A stretch of 51,606 bases of DNA. It comes from Eledone cirrhosa. Taxonomy: Eukaryota. The stretch spans positions 1 through 51,606 of the forward strand of contig CAXHJY010000564.1 of the NCBI GenBank assembly GCA_964016885.1, given 5' to 3'. Shown here one piece after another: positions 1 through 12,943 of the stretch (positions within the stretch are counted from its first letter, which is position 1; each line of letters opens with the position of its first letter). Both the position numbers and the translations under genes were made by a program. The notes under the pieces were generated by a model. That model did not search any database, was not told the origin of the DNA, and was given only the letters and a program-made list of their open reading frames with translations.

Positions 1-992
1 AAATGCGAAAGGAAAAGCAAAGAGATAATAAAATGGATAAAAACGAAACCAAGCAACGAACAGAGGGGGGAAAGGGTAAAGAAGGGCAGGTCTGTCTGTA
101 TAGGAAAGTAAGAGAAATGGCTATAAATGCCATAAATGAGAAGAGGAAAAGGAGATAAGAGCAAGGACTATGAGGCCACGGAAGAAAGGGGGAGGCTGAT
201 AGGATCTATGCCTGCGGCGAGGGCAAGGTTTGGGCTGCGCTCCGTGGACAAAGCTGCAAAGGCATTTCCGTAGACAATCGCCAGAAACACCCGCAGCAAC
301 AGCCACTCCACCTCGCGGGGTTCGCTTTTCTCAAATATGCTGCTGACGATCTGATTTTACGGAGGAGCTCGGCAGTACGGGGTCCGAGGACACCTGAGGT
401 CTCGACAGCGACCGGTGCGAAGAGAAAGCGGCCAGACAATCCCCGGTATTTGTTTGTGCTCCTGTCTTCTGTATTGCGGCGGGCCGTAGTACCGATGTTT
501 ACGTCAGAAGTTAGAGGCGGACAATATGTCACAGCATGTGACGTCGAAAATGAGAGATCTACCTCCCTCGAATTGGTAGAGGGTAATTCCGTCGGGCCCT
601 TGCCGTCTCCGCGGTCGATGCCTGCTGGCTCCAGTTGTGACAGGAAGCCAGCTGCATCCAAGTTCCTTCTCAATATGTCGTTGAGAGCGGCATGTCGGAG
701 AAACCAGCCTGCACTCTGGTGACATGGCAGTTGGTGTAGACCGAGCTCATCAACAACATCCCCACAATGGTAGTTGTGTGGCCCACGCGCGGAGGCCGAG
801 AAGTTAGGCCACTCCGATGCGAGTGTACTTGTCATCAAGAATGGTACCAGTTGATGAGGTGGGCACCGAACAGAGCCACGCACCGCTGTTTGGTTGCAAA
901 GTGGATCAGAGGCAGACGAGGCGGTGTTGGTCCAAGTCAGACTCGATCCGCCTGAAGGAAGACCTGCGCTTGATGTTGTCCCAGTTATATGG
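1..992 (-). mobile_element. 5'-truncated, frameshifted CRE-clade non-LTR retrotransposon (zinc knuckle plus restriction-like endonuclease region, then 3' UTR)
   Basis: Minus-strand frames joined across stops and frameshifts read WDNI..LDQHRL..PNSGAWL..P..GTILDD..RIGVA, CGDVVDELGLHQLPC, RHAALNDILRR..LEPAGIDRGDGK, PDGITL..LIFDVTCCD, KYRGL..FAPVAVETSGVLG and REVEWLL..LAIVYGNA. This motif order is typical of CRE-type elements. Confidence 0.85.
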
Positions 993-994
993 GT

Positions 995-1436
995 GGATCC
1001 TATCATTAAAACGAGAAACCTTTTATGATATACAACATCATATGAGACCAGCTAAACCTATATAGATATGATCTGTAAATTACACATATATTTTTTTTAT
1101 TATAGAACTGGAGGCTCTATCATTAAAACATCAAAGACACTCTCTACGAAATGCGAGCCTTTAGAAGACCAGCTAAACTTTGATAGATGTCTGCTAAAAG
1201 TTATATTTTTTTTATTATAGAACCGGGAGTGGGGCTCTCTCATTAGAACACGCAAGAAACCTACGAGATTCAACCCTATAGAAGACCAATTAAACCTAGA
1301 TAGATGTCTTCAAAAAATTACATTTTCAGAATAGAACTAAGGGGGCTCTATTACTAAAACACCAAAGAAACCTCCTATGAGATGCAACCTCAGAAAGCCA
1401 GCAAAAAGCCTGCACATAGGCGAGATCTGTAAATTT
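995..1436. repeat. Degenerate tandem repeat, about 115-120 bp unit, about 4 copies
   Basis: ggctctatcattaaaac...agaccagctaaac..tagat..tctg..aaatta...tatagaac recurs near 995, 1112, 1233 and 1344. Confidence 0.75.
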
Positions 1437-2138
1437 CCTTTATTAATTTTTTTTTTTTCAAATGCACAATCCATCGTTAACTGACAATTATTCAAAGTGA
1501 ATAGACTGGAGCATTTATTTCTCTGAGAGTTCCTTATAGTCTGACGAAGGGAATTCTAAGTCCAAAAATATTAGAACGAAAGAATCAACAAACAAGCGAA
1601 AAAAAAAGAAACAACAAATATTACCGGGTAACTAACATTTTCGTTGCCTTCATCTTATCGTCCATTTTGTATTGTTTAGGCTTCTTACATATATCACATT
1701 CCACATTATATATTATATACAATGCTTGAAGCAAACGACATTTAATTATTTATTGTTAGGTTTTTAATCAACAATAAACAAACCAAACAACCAACCAACA
1801 AACAAATAAACAATACTATTCGCAAATAGAAACAAACAAAGGCAAATTATAATGAAAATGGTGGCCGTAACTAAATCAAAATAGTTTATTACTTTCTCAA
1901 CGTTGATTCTAGGAGTATTTTTTCTCAGCGTTTTCTAGAGTACGCCATCTTTTTCTTTCTTTTATCTGCATTTTCCTGTGCTCCAAACTCCAAATCGACT
2001 CGTATTGATATTAATTCCCGGTTAATTTGCTTAATTAGTTCATAACAAGGGTGTTTTAATTAAGAATTTCAGAGTTCCTTGTTAACTTAAGGTTGAAATG
2101 TTGAAATGGTCGAAAGAGGGGAATAGTAAAAAGGGAAG

Positions 2139-2172
<34 letters not shown>

Positions 2173-2216
2173 TACATGTATATATACACATACATACATA
2201 TATTTATATGTATTAT

Positions 2217-2276
<60 letters not shown>

Positions 2277-2280
2277 TGTG

Positions 2281-2351
<71 letters not shown>

Positions 2352-2878
2352 ACATATATATATATGTGTGCGTATATATATATATATATACCTTTATATT
2401 AGGAACGCGAAAGGATCACATTCCGTTACAGTTGTAATATAACCGTTGAACACACACGCACACACACATACACACAAGCACACACACACCCTCTCTCTAG
2501 CTTCCATAACACTCCCTCTCTCTCTCTATAGGGTTCTTAACACACACTTTCTCTCTCTTCCTCACCCCCCCTATCTCTCCCTCACAAACCTTCTCTCTCT
2601 CTTCCTCACACTCCCTCCCTATCTCTCTCTCTCATATACATCCTCCCCCTCTCTCTCTCTTTCATACAAACCCCTCCCTATCTCTCTCTCACACACCCTC
2701 CCTCTCTCTAGGTTACCTAACACTAACTAGCTCCCTCCCTCTCTCCCTCATACACCACCCTCTCTCTCTCCCTCACTCCTCCTCTCTAGGTTACCTAACA
2801 CTCCCTAACTCCCACTATTCCCCTTTAATTAGTTCCACTGGTGCTAATTAACCTTCAAAGGGGACAGAAGAGAAATTT

Positions 2879-2913
<35 letters not shown>

Positions 2914-3364
2914 CAAACAACAAAAAAATAATAATTTTAAAGAAATAAAATTGAAAAAAAAAAATTTTATTTTATAAAATAATTTATTGGGTGTGGAGGA
3001 GGGTGGGGGAGTGGGTTAGGGTGGGGAAGTAAGTAAAGACGTTAATATAAATGGTTTTTGAGTTTAACAAATTTTACCAAATCTAGATTAAATAAGGCAA
3101 CACTACGGGGTTTTTTACAGCAACCATAACGGTTGTTTCTCTCTAAATGTTATACGAGGGCAAGCTGTAAAGTTTAAGGCTTGTTGTGAAGGAGTGATGC
3201 TAGCGCTGTGAAATCTTAAGCATACGCACAGTATACAGACAATAGTACTATTACAGTATTGTAGACACATATAGCATAAAGTACATCAGGAATTACATAT
3301 GTAGAGTACATATAGACAATAGCACAGCTAGGGCACAGTTCACACACATATTATATAGAGTACC

Positions 3365-3500
3365 TCGCGGGATTTGAAGCCATTCTGAGTTCAAATCCCG
3401 CCGAGGTTAACTTTGCCTTTCATCCTTACGGGGGTCGATGAAATAAAGTACCAGTAATACACTGGGAAAATTGCTGGCCTTGTGCCAAAAGTAGAAATAA
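3365..3500 (+). mobile_element. 5'-truncated tRNA-derived SINE (octopus-type)
   Basis: B-box-like gagttcaaatccc, body gaggttaactttgcctttcatccttacgggggtcgatgaaataaagtaccagt, tail ggccttgtgccaaa. Same family as the copies at 29742, 36305, 36600, 45997 and 46230. Confidence 0.85.
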
Positions 3501-3621
3501 TTATATAGAGTACCGCAGGACTTACATATATAGAGTACATATAGACAATACCACCGCACACACACATTATATAGAGTACCTCAGGACTTACATACATTGT
3601 GTTATTATCATCATTTTCTTC

Positions 3622-4010
3622 ACGGCCAATCCCTCTTCAACTTCTTCAAGTTTCACCTGGAAAGGAAGGTGAGGGTGGAGAGAGAAGTGCCTACTCTGAC
3701 CATGCGCCTATAGGCTAGCCAATTTGAGGAGGAGAGGGGTGCTCTGCCCGGGCGCCCTAGAAGCGCAGGGTGGTTCAGGATTGGTGGGGTACTCGAGTCA
3801 CCCCTGGGTCGTCCGCCCCCCTATAGGGGAATTTATTTTGTTATATTTATGCATAGTTTATATTATATTTTTATATCTTCATTTTTAAATTAGTCTCTGC
3901 CATTGTGCACTTTTACTCGACCTTATTGTAAACCCCCCACTGTCCCTTTCTTTGTATTGTCCTCTACATGTTGACCCTTGTGGCCAATAAATAAAATCAT
4001 TATTATTATT

Positions 4011-4045
<35 letters not shown>
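3622..4045 (+). mobile_element. 3' end of a LINE (tentatively L1/Tx1-like) with AATAAA and (ATT/ATC)n tail
   Basis: Short coding remnant GQSLFNFFKFHLERKVRVERE, GC-rich UTR, then gacccttgtggccaataaataaa followed by a trinucleotide tail. Clade assignment is from memory. Confidence 0.5.
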
Positions 4046-4047
<2 letters not shown>

Positions 4048-4314
4048 TAATATTACTACTAACGTCCACTTGAAATTCTTATCTAGATTCTAAGTACATG
4101 GTATTTTGTCTTCCATCGATTGTCTGAGAAAAGTTCTTTGAACAATCAACTTCCGACTATTTCCGGCAACTTCCGTAAGTTCATATAGTGTCTGTCTGGC
4201 TGGAACTTAGATAACCTCTTTGTTAAAAAAAGATAAAAAAATATACAAAGAAAGTCATGAAAAAAAAACTTTTGCTGCTATTAATATCTTATCTGAATCC
4301 ATTGTAGAGTTTTA

Positions 4315-5240
<926 letters not shown>

Positions 5241-5881
5241 TCAGTTAGTCTGTTAGTCTAGGTGGTTTCCATTAATTGGCCATCGTATGGAACCGAGTGT
5301 AATCACCTTTAGAAATGACCATCGGTGAACAGAGTGAAGTGTTTGTTGAGGTGGAAGAGAGAGAGAGAGATAGGAGAGAGAGATGAAAAGAGACAGAAAG
5401 AGAGGGGAGAAAGAGGAACGAGACAGGAACAGAGAGAGAGAGAGAGAGAGAGGGAGACAGGCAAAGAGAGAGTGATAGATAAAAGATAGAGAGAGAGAGA
5501 AAGAGACAGTGAGAGAACGAGACATACAAAGAGAGACAGAGAGAGTGAGAGAGAGAGAGAATGACAGAGAGATAGAGAGATAGAGAGAGAGAGAGAGCGA
5601 GCGAGCGAGAGAGAGAGCGAGCGAGCGAGAGAGAGAGAGAGAAGGGGTGTCGTATAACAAGACGACTCCATTTTGTAGAAAATAAAAGTCGTTGTATCGA
5701 ATTAAATAAACGGCCAGAGAGAAACATGTCTGTGCGAGTTCGAATCCTTTGCATGTCAAAAATCTAGTTTTACCTTTCTCATACATTTACACACAACGTA
5801 AAGAATAGACCCTTTGAATTTCAGGTACAATCCCCCCCGGCGGGCTTCCACACAGTTTCCGCCATCCAAATTTCAAATATA

Positions 5882-6195
5882 ATGCTTCTGGTGTCCTTGG
5901 CCCTAGGACCACCTTCCTACTCACACTATCAACACAGAAGTGGCTACCCACAAGTGTGAGTTTCGCTAGCTGGAATGCCTCTTCCAGCGCATCTCCCTTA
6001 CCATCCTCCGAGCAAACGTCTTCTCCATTCTGTCAACCGGGGCCATGGGGCGGCTAACACGTGGGACCCCATTTGCTCATTATAGTGAGAGATAGGGATG
6101 GCGAGAGAGATGGAGGCGATGACAGTGGGAGTTTGGCTCTTCTGTGTTCGGACCTGGTGTACAGCGTCAGTTGTCCGTAGGGAGATAGTGATTCA
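5882..6195 (+). mobile_element. Second CRE-clade fragment (extreme C-terminus plus 3' UTR)
   Basis: Translates ASGVLGPRT..., then after a frameshift LECLFQRISLTILRANVFSILST. Collinear with TSGVLGPRT...EWLLLRVFLAIVYGNA of the copy at 1-992. Ends beside a TA tract. Confidence 0.7.
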
Positions 6196-6209
6196 TATAT
6201 ATATAAATA

Positions 6210-6402
6210 TAGGAACGAGTAGGACCCCGACGGCTGAGCTCAAGCCGTTTCGACGGCTAATTCTGGTCCAGAATTAGCCGTCGAAACGGCTTGAGCTCAG
6301 CCGTCGGGGTCCTACTCATTCCTATTACCCACTCTACTACCCTAAGTATTGAGTACTTTGGTGCGTTATGGTCCATATGGCTCCTTACCACATTTCCTTC
6401 GT

Positions 6403-6404
<2 letters not shown>
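6210..6404 (+). mobile_element. Family A fold-back element: 57-bp inverted arms, half-HHR, 80-bp tail, in (TA)n
   Basis: Arms 6210-6266 and 6268-6324 with 1 mismatch. Contains GAAACGGCT-tgagctc-AGCCGTC (HHR stem III plus GUC). Confidence 0.85.
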
Positions 6405-6462
<58 letters not shown>

Positions 6463-6467
<5 letters not shown>

Positions 6468-6695
6468 GGAAAAAACGAAACGAAATTTCATTTCCCACTC
6501 TTAGTACGGCTGTTACTTAAATATAAGTATGTACACGTACATACATATATGTATACAGACGTACAGTAGTATGTATATATATATACGTACATCCATACGT
6601 ACATATATATATGTGTGTGTGCATGTATGAATATATGTATACATACTACTGTACGTCTGTATACATATATGTATGTACGTGTACATACTTATATA
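6463..6695 (-). mobile_element. Family F fold-back element (no HHR recognised)
   Basis: Unique tail 6463-6520, inverted arms about 6521-6580 and 6630-6695. Homologous to 8266-8550 in the opposite orientation. Confidence 0.7.
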
Positions 6696-6904
6696 TATAT
6701 ATATGATAATAATGGAGCTGCGGCGTTGCAAATGGGTTACATAGGAAAAAGTAAGTCCTTCATCAGTGGCCTTCCAACCGTCCTAGGCATTTCATCGCTT
6801 TAAAGGCCATATACCTCAGGTTGGTGCGAACAACGGCTAAAAAAAGTCGTTGGGACACGTAAATAAAGGGGACGCTGGGGTGAACAAACAAAATGGTTTA
6901 AGCA

Positions 6905-7087
6905 ATTGGTAAACGGAATAGAAAATGCTGACAAATTGTTCACAGTGAAAAATAGTTTAATTAGGAATAAGTGATAATTAGTAATAGTATTGGTTAGTAT
7001 TAAGTTTTGGTTTTAAGTTTTACCGGTTGCGCATTTCTAACGCTTTTCAAAAATAATTTTGAGATAGAGCGTCCGTGATGTTTGCTC
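6905..7087 (-). mobile_element. Family D single-arm copy
   Basis: Nearly identical to arm 12939-13121. Confidence 0.85.
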
Positions 7088-7231
7088 TCTCTCTCTATAT
7101 ATATAGTATGTATGTGTGTGTGTGTGTGACAGCTCACACCTATGCAGGTTTAGCTGGCTTCCTCCAAGTTATATCTCGTTGGAGGTGTCTTGGGTAATTT
7201 TAATGATAGGGACCCCAATCCTATCATCTCA

Positions 7232-7368
7232 TTTCTACAGCTGAGTAAACTGGAGCAACGTGAAATAAAGTGTCTTGCTCAAGGAAACCACACATCAGCC
7301 AGTCCGAGAATTGAACTCACAACCTTTCGATTGCAAGCCCAATGCTCTAACCACTAAGCCATGCGCTT
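7232..7368 (-). mobile_element. tRNA-derived CORE-type SINE fragment
   Basis: Minus strand has A box tggcttagtgg, B box gagttcaattct and CORE-like ccttgagcaagacacttta. Confidence 0.75.
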
Positions 7369-7635
7369 TTATGATACGATATACAACCTCTTATAAGACC
7401 AGCTTAAGCTAGGCTATGGTATAATACAAACAGACACACAGACAAACAAAAGCCAGTGCCAAAAGAAGTGACACTTCCTGAAGATGTCAACATGAGAGAG
7501 TTAAACCGGGGATTTAGTGACTTGTGAAGAGGACTTGTTAAAGACACGACTATGTTGCGGCAACATATGTTGAAATACGATTTATTCAACTTCACACACA
7601 AATCCCCCCCCATCCCCCCACCACCATACACACAG

Positions 7636-7755
<120 letters not shown>

Positions 7756-7782
7756 GCATATATATATATATAAATATATATA

Positions 7783-7931
7783 TATTGGATCGTAAAGTAT
7801 GAAATTTGTAAAAAATGAAATAAAATCTACAAATTTCATACTTGACGACCCTATATATATATAGGGTCGTCAAATATGAAATTTGTAGATTTTGTTTTAT
7901 TTTTACAAATTTCATACTTTACGATCCAATA
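7783..7931. mobile_element. Head-to-head pair of a ~68-bp TIR element (MITE-like) around a short (TA)n
   Basis: Each unit is an imperfect hairpin with TIR gggtcgtcaagtatgaaatttgta. The two units are inverted copies of each other. Confidence 0.8.
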
Positions 7932-7980
7932 TATATATATATGCGTGTGTGTGTGTGTATGTATATATATGTATATATAT

Positions 7981-8016
<36 letters not shown>

Positions 8017-8203
8017 TGCGTGTGTATGTGTGTTTTGTGTGTCTGTTTATATGTATATATATAACAGAAACCCCCATACATACACTCACAAACACTCACA
8101 CACACGCTGGTACATACACACATACACACACAACAACACACACTCACACTCACGCACACACATAAACGCACATACACACATATATATATATATATTTGCA
8201 CGC

Positions 8204-8265
<62 letters not shown>

Positions 8266-8271
<6 letters not shown>

Positions 8272-8550
8272 TACATACATATATGTGTACAGACGCACAG
8301 TAGTATGTATATATATATACATACATGCACACACATATATATATACGTATGGGTTTACCGAACATATATTATAATAAATGTTCAGTAAACCCATACGTAC
8401 ATATATATGTCTGTGCATGTATGTATATATATATATACATACTACTGTACGTCTGTATACATATATGTATGTACGTGTACATACTTATATTTAGCTATCA
8501 GACGTACTAAGAGTGGGAAATGAAATTTCGTTTCATTCTTTTCCATTTAT
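8266..8550 (+). mobile_element. Family F fold-back element
   Basis: Arms about 8266-8368 and 8376-8488, tail gacgtactaagagtgggaaatgaaatttcg, TA tracts on both sides. Confidence 0.75.
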
Positions 8551-8607
8551 ATATATATATATATAAACACATATAGATCAGCCTGTCCGATGGAACACGT
8601 AATAGCG

Positions 8608-8668
<61 letters not shown>

Positions 8669-8672
<4 letters not shown>

Positions 8673-8874
8673 AACAATTAAGACCCCGACGGCTGAGCTC
8701 AAGCCGTTTCGACGGCTAATTCTGGACTGAATTCAGTCCAGAATTACCCGTCGAAACGGCTTGAGCTCAGCCGTCGGGGTCTTACTTGTTCCTATTACCC
8801 ACTCTACTACCCTAAGTATTGAGTACTTTGGTGCGTTATGGTCCACCTGGTTCCTTACCACATTTCCTTCGTTA
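8669..8874 (+). mobile_element. Family A fold-back element
   Basis: Same architecture as 6210; palindrome centre ctggactgaattcagtccag. Confidence 0.85.
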
Positions 8875-8959
8875 TATATATATATTATATATTTACACAC
8901 ACACACACATATATATATATATATGTTTGTGTATACATATATTTATATATATATGTTTG

Positions 8960-9026
<67 letters not shown>

Positions 9027-9126
9027 GTATATATAATATATATTTATTCAAAATATGGTTAAGATTCAATCATGGTATGACTGAATCTTAACTATCTACT
9101 ATGGCAGGGTATGTCATGCATCATCT

Positions 9127-9193
9127 TATTTTATCCGATGAGGACGTACTGTTGAAGTTAACTCAGTACCTCTGAAATATGTATAATAAAATA
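9127..9193 (+). ncRNA. Minimal type I HHR-like motif (U4>C variant) in a family B-related insertion (about 9050-9318)
   Basis: tattttat CCGATGA gg..gtactg..cagtac..GAAA tatgtata ataaaata; helix I tattttat/ataaaata. Confidence 0.6.
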
Positions 9194-9317
9194 TACTTGA
9201 TCACGAGAATACCTATTTTGTTAATATTTTGAATTAATATTAATAGTTGTTGAGTGCTTCCAATCTATTGTAAAACTCATTCTTTGATTTATTCATTGAA
9301 CCTTGTTTAACCTTTAA

Positions 9318-9373
<56 letters not shown>

Positions 9374-9670
9374 TATGTATATATTATATATATATATACT
9401 CACACACACACACACACACAAATATACATATATATATATATATATATACATACACACACAACTAGACGAAGCACAAACAATAAGCTCTATTATAGGCAAT
9501 TTTCTGTTAATTTTCCTATATTACACTGTGGTATTACACCCTGGGGATCATCCATTTGTCGGCCATATTTACTCTCTGTGCGCCAAAACTAAAACGGCGT
9601 CAGCCTCAATGATTTTCCCGCGTTCAATAAGCTAAGCGCTCTATTTTGATCTGAGCTAATATTATTTATT

Positions 9671-9751
9671 TTAGGTCGTCAAGTATGAAATGTGTAGAAG
9701 TTCGTAGAAAAACAACAAAATTCTACAAATTTCATACTTGACAACCCAATA
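9671..9751. mobile_element. MITE-like TIR element, same family as 7783
   Basis: ggtcgtcaagtatgaaatgtgtaga ... tctacaaatttcatacttgacaacc. Confidence 0.75.
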
Positions 9752-9970
9752 TCTTTTTTATATTTCTCATACTTTTTTTTTATATTTTTATACTTTTCTT
9801 ATACTTTTTCATATTTTTATATTTTTGTATTTTTATATTTTCTCATACTTTTTTATATTTTGTTTTGTATTGTTTTGTTTGAAAGCATCCGTTAATATAT
9901 ATACATATTTGCTTTATAGAGATATTCTAGTCTGTAAGTAAGGACATAAGTATATCTGGTCTTTGAGACG

Positions 9971-10396
9971 AAATAATAGCAACAACAACAACAATAACAA
10001 CAACAATAACAACAACAATAACAGCAACAATAACAACAACAATAACAACAACAACAGCAGCAAAAACAACATCAATAACAACACTAACAACACTAACAAC
10101 ACTAACAACAATAACAACAACAATAACAACAACAACAACAGCAATAACAACAACAACAACAACAATAACGACAACAACAATAACAACAACAACAATAACA
10201 ACAAAAACAATCACAAAAACAACAACCACAACAACAATCACAAAAACAACAACAACAATAACAACAATAACAATCACAAAAACAATAACAACGACAACAA
10301 CAATAACAATCACAAAAACAACAACAACAACAACAATAACAATCACAAAAACAACAACAATAACAACAACAACAACAACAACAATAACAACAACAG
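9971..10396. repeat. (AAC/AAT)n microsatellite
   Basis: Directly visible. Confidence 0.95.
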
Positions 10397-10589
10397 TAAT
10401 TGCGCTAAAATATTCCTTTTCTTCTGCAGGAATCAGAAAAGACCTCATTATGAGATTCAAGAGAGACGAGGAGTGTTGACTATGGCGACTAGACGTTGTT
10501 GTAACACAAAGACACAGTCTTTGGTGCGGCGACAGCATTCCTTACAGTAGACATAACAAACAACTTCGTACAGTGTCTAAAGGATTACA

Positions 10590-10622
<33 letters not shown>

Positions 10623-10626
10623 AGAG

Positions 10627-10673
<47 letters not shown>

Positions 10674-10766
10674 TGTACGTAAAAGGTAAACAGAAATAAC
10701 AACACAATCGGTACAGTATATGGAAGGAGTATATTAATTTAACGCTTGAAATAGCAGGAAGAGGGG

Positions 10767-10800
10767 CTTAACGTTTCGGACGCTAGTCCTTCATCAGAAG
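10767..10800 (-). ncRNA. Minimal type I HHR in a family I insertion (about 10679-10895)
   Basis: Reverse complement is ctt CTGATGA a ggac tagc gtcc GAAA cgtt aag: intact core, short palindromic stem III (ACGT), GUU triplet. Relatives at 24550-24745 and 50994-51078. Confidence 0.75.
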
Positions 10801-10891
10801 AAAGAATGAGAAATTAGAAAGATTGAAGGGACGGGGGACAAGGCAGTATCGGAAAAATATTTTTAAAGAAAAATTACAGGTCCATTCATGT

Positions 10892-10987
<96 letters not shown>

Positions 10988-10989
<2 letters not shown>

Positions 10990-11408
10990 AAAGTTATATT
11001 TAAATTGTTGGGTTACAACTAGTAAATATTTATAACTGATATAAAAGCACTCGACAAATATTTGGAGTATATTTACAATATTAAATAAATGGAAACTATA
11101 TTTATAAAACCATATTTATTTCATTATATTATATTTCAGGGATAACATATTAACAATATGCTATGCCTTCCTCAGTCAAAATACAATATAAACAGTTTTA
11201 TAGATAAATAGATTCGACATACCGTAACAACATCTACTTGCATTTGAGAAGGTTGATGTTGTTACGGTATGTCGAATCTATTTATCTATAAAACTGTTTA
11301 TATTGTATTTTGTCTGAGGAAGGCATAGCATATTGTTAATATGTTATCCCTGAAATATATATAATGAAATAAATATGGTTTTATAAATATAGTTTCCATT
11401 TATTTAAT

Positions 11409-11414
<6 letters not shown>
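10988..11414 (-). mobile_element. Family B fold-back element with an HHR in both arms
   Basis: Tail 10988-11073, arms 11074-11234 and 11255-11414. HHR at 11306-11371 (+): tattttgt CTGAGGA aggcatagcatatt..aatatgttatccct GAAA tatatata atgaaata. Confidence 0.85.
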
Positions 11415-11495
<81 letters not shown>

Positions 11496-11524
11496 TATTA
11501 TCAAATATAGTATACATAATAATA

Positions 11525-11791
<267 letters not shown>

Positions 11792-11799
11792 TATCCATA

Positions 11800-12362
11800 T
11801 ACTTCCTGTATTTGGGAGCAAAGATTGGGAATACGGAAGATGATGTGGTTGATAGGAAGAGCAAAGCCTGGGCGGCGTGCTACAGCTTGAGATCGGTGTG
11901 GAAGTCGGACCTTCGTAAAGACCTGAAAATCCGCCTCTTCCTTGCCGTAGTGGAGTCTGTGCTGCTGTACGGGTCTGAGACTTGGACACTGACCAAGAAA
12001 CTCACTCAGATGGTGGATGGGTGCTACACAAGAATGCTGAGGATGGCTCTGAACATTAATCAGTATACACTGAGGATGGAAAACTCAGAGCTGTATGGGA
12101 GCCTCCCAAGAGTCAGCTCGAAAGTGACAGAGAGGAGACTGAGGTTAGCTGGACATGCTCACCGACATCCAGAGTTGACATTGCACTCAGTGGGAGCCCC
12201 TACATGGACACACTGGAAGAGGAAGACCAAGGTTAACGTATGTTGATGCCCTAAGGACAGACACTGGTCTGTTGGAGACGCAGGACATGGCAGCGATAAT
12301 GAGGGACAGAGACCGCTGGAGAGAACTCGTCCATGGATCTCGGGAATTTTACCCGCCCTAGA
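11800..12362 (+). mobile_element. 5'-truncated RTE-clade LINE, C-terminal ORF fragment
   Basis: FLYLG..., [24 protein letters not shown]...DGCYTRMLR...RRLRLAGH, then a frameshifted RGRPRLTY; flanked by TA tracts. Confidence 0.85.
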
Positions 12363-12440
12363 TATATATATATATATAAACAATGGTTTATACCATTAAG
12401 ATCATATGAAGATATGTCACTATCTTAACACCAAATATTA

Positions 12441-12501
12441 TATTTTATCTGACGAATGCGTAGTAAAATGTTAGTACCCTTGAAATACGTATAATAAAAT
12501 A
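12441..12501 (+). ncRNA. Minimal type I HHR motif, family B-related (insertion about 12380-12546)
   Basis: tattttat CTGACGA ... GAAA tacgtata ataaaata; palindromic stem III ATACGTAT; stem II pairs poorly. Confidence 0.6.
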
Positions 12502-12564
12502 GATATGGTTTTGTAAAGATATTTTCCATTTATTAATATTGTTAATATATATATATACATATAA

Positions 12565-12898
12565 CGGCGATGAATTAGTTTTGCGAGGTTTTTGATATGA
12601 AATCGTGTGTCGAAACAAATATTTGTGTAATAATATTGCCAGAATTAATAACAGAACACACCCACTGTTTGGTTGGATTTCGCTTCTGTGTCTTTTATAT
12701 CGGTTAATTTAATTTATTCGGTCCTCAATGTTACCATTGACTGACCAACGGTCAAAAATACAGATATAATATAGACACGAACACATATATATAGTCTAAC
12801 AAATTCTTTCGTTGCACATCTGCAACATCGTCAACATCTGCAACATGTGTTATTAATTCTGGCAATATTATTACACAAATATGACCCTCCCCAAGTAT

Positions 12899-12905
<7 letters not shown>
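12565..12905 (-). mobile_element. Family C-related rearranged fold-back element
   Basis: Inverted repeat about 12619-12652 and 12848-12882; degenerate minus-strand HHR tTGACGA tgttgca..tgcaac GAAA near 12805-12835; the end atgaccctccccaagtataacaata matches 49282-49305. Confidence 0.65.

Positions 12906-12934
<29 letters not shown>

Positions 12935-12943
<9 letters not shown>

Noticed and set aside
1535-1580. CTGACGA aggga..tcc AAAA as an HHR (similarly 6735-6772 on -)
   Set aside because: GAAA is absent and helix I is unsupported; possibly decayed relics but not callable.
3351-3514. 14-bp target-site duplication ttatatagagtacc around the SINE
   Set aside because: The motif recurs nearby (about 3568) as part of a local degenerate repeat, so it is not diagnostic.
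10410-10550. Possible + strand exon after ttcctttcttctgcAG
   Set aside because: The acceptor is good, but all frames are short and unrecognised and no convincing donor follows.
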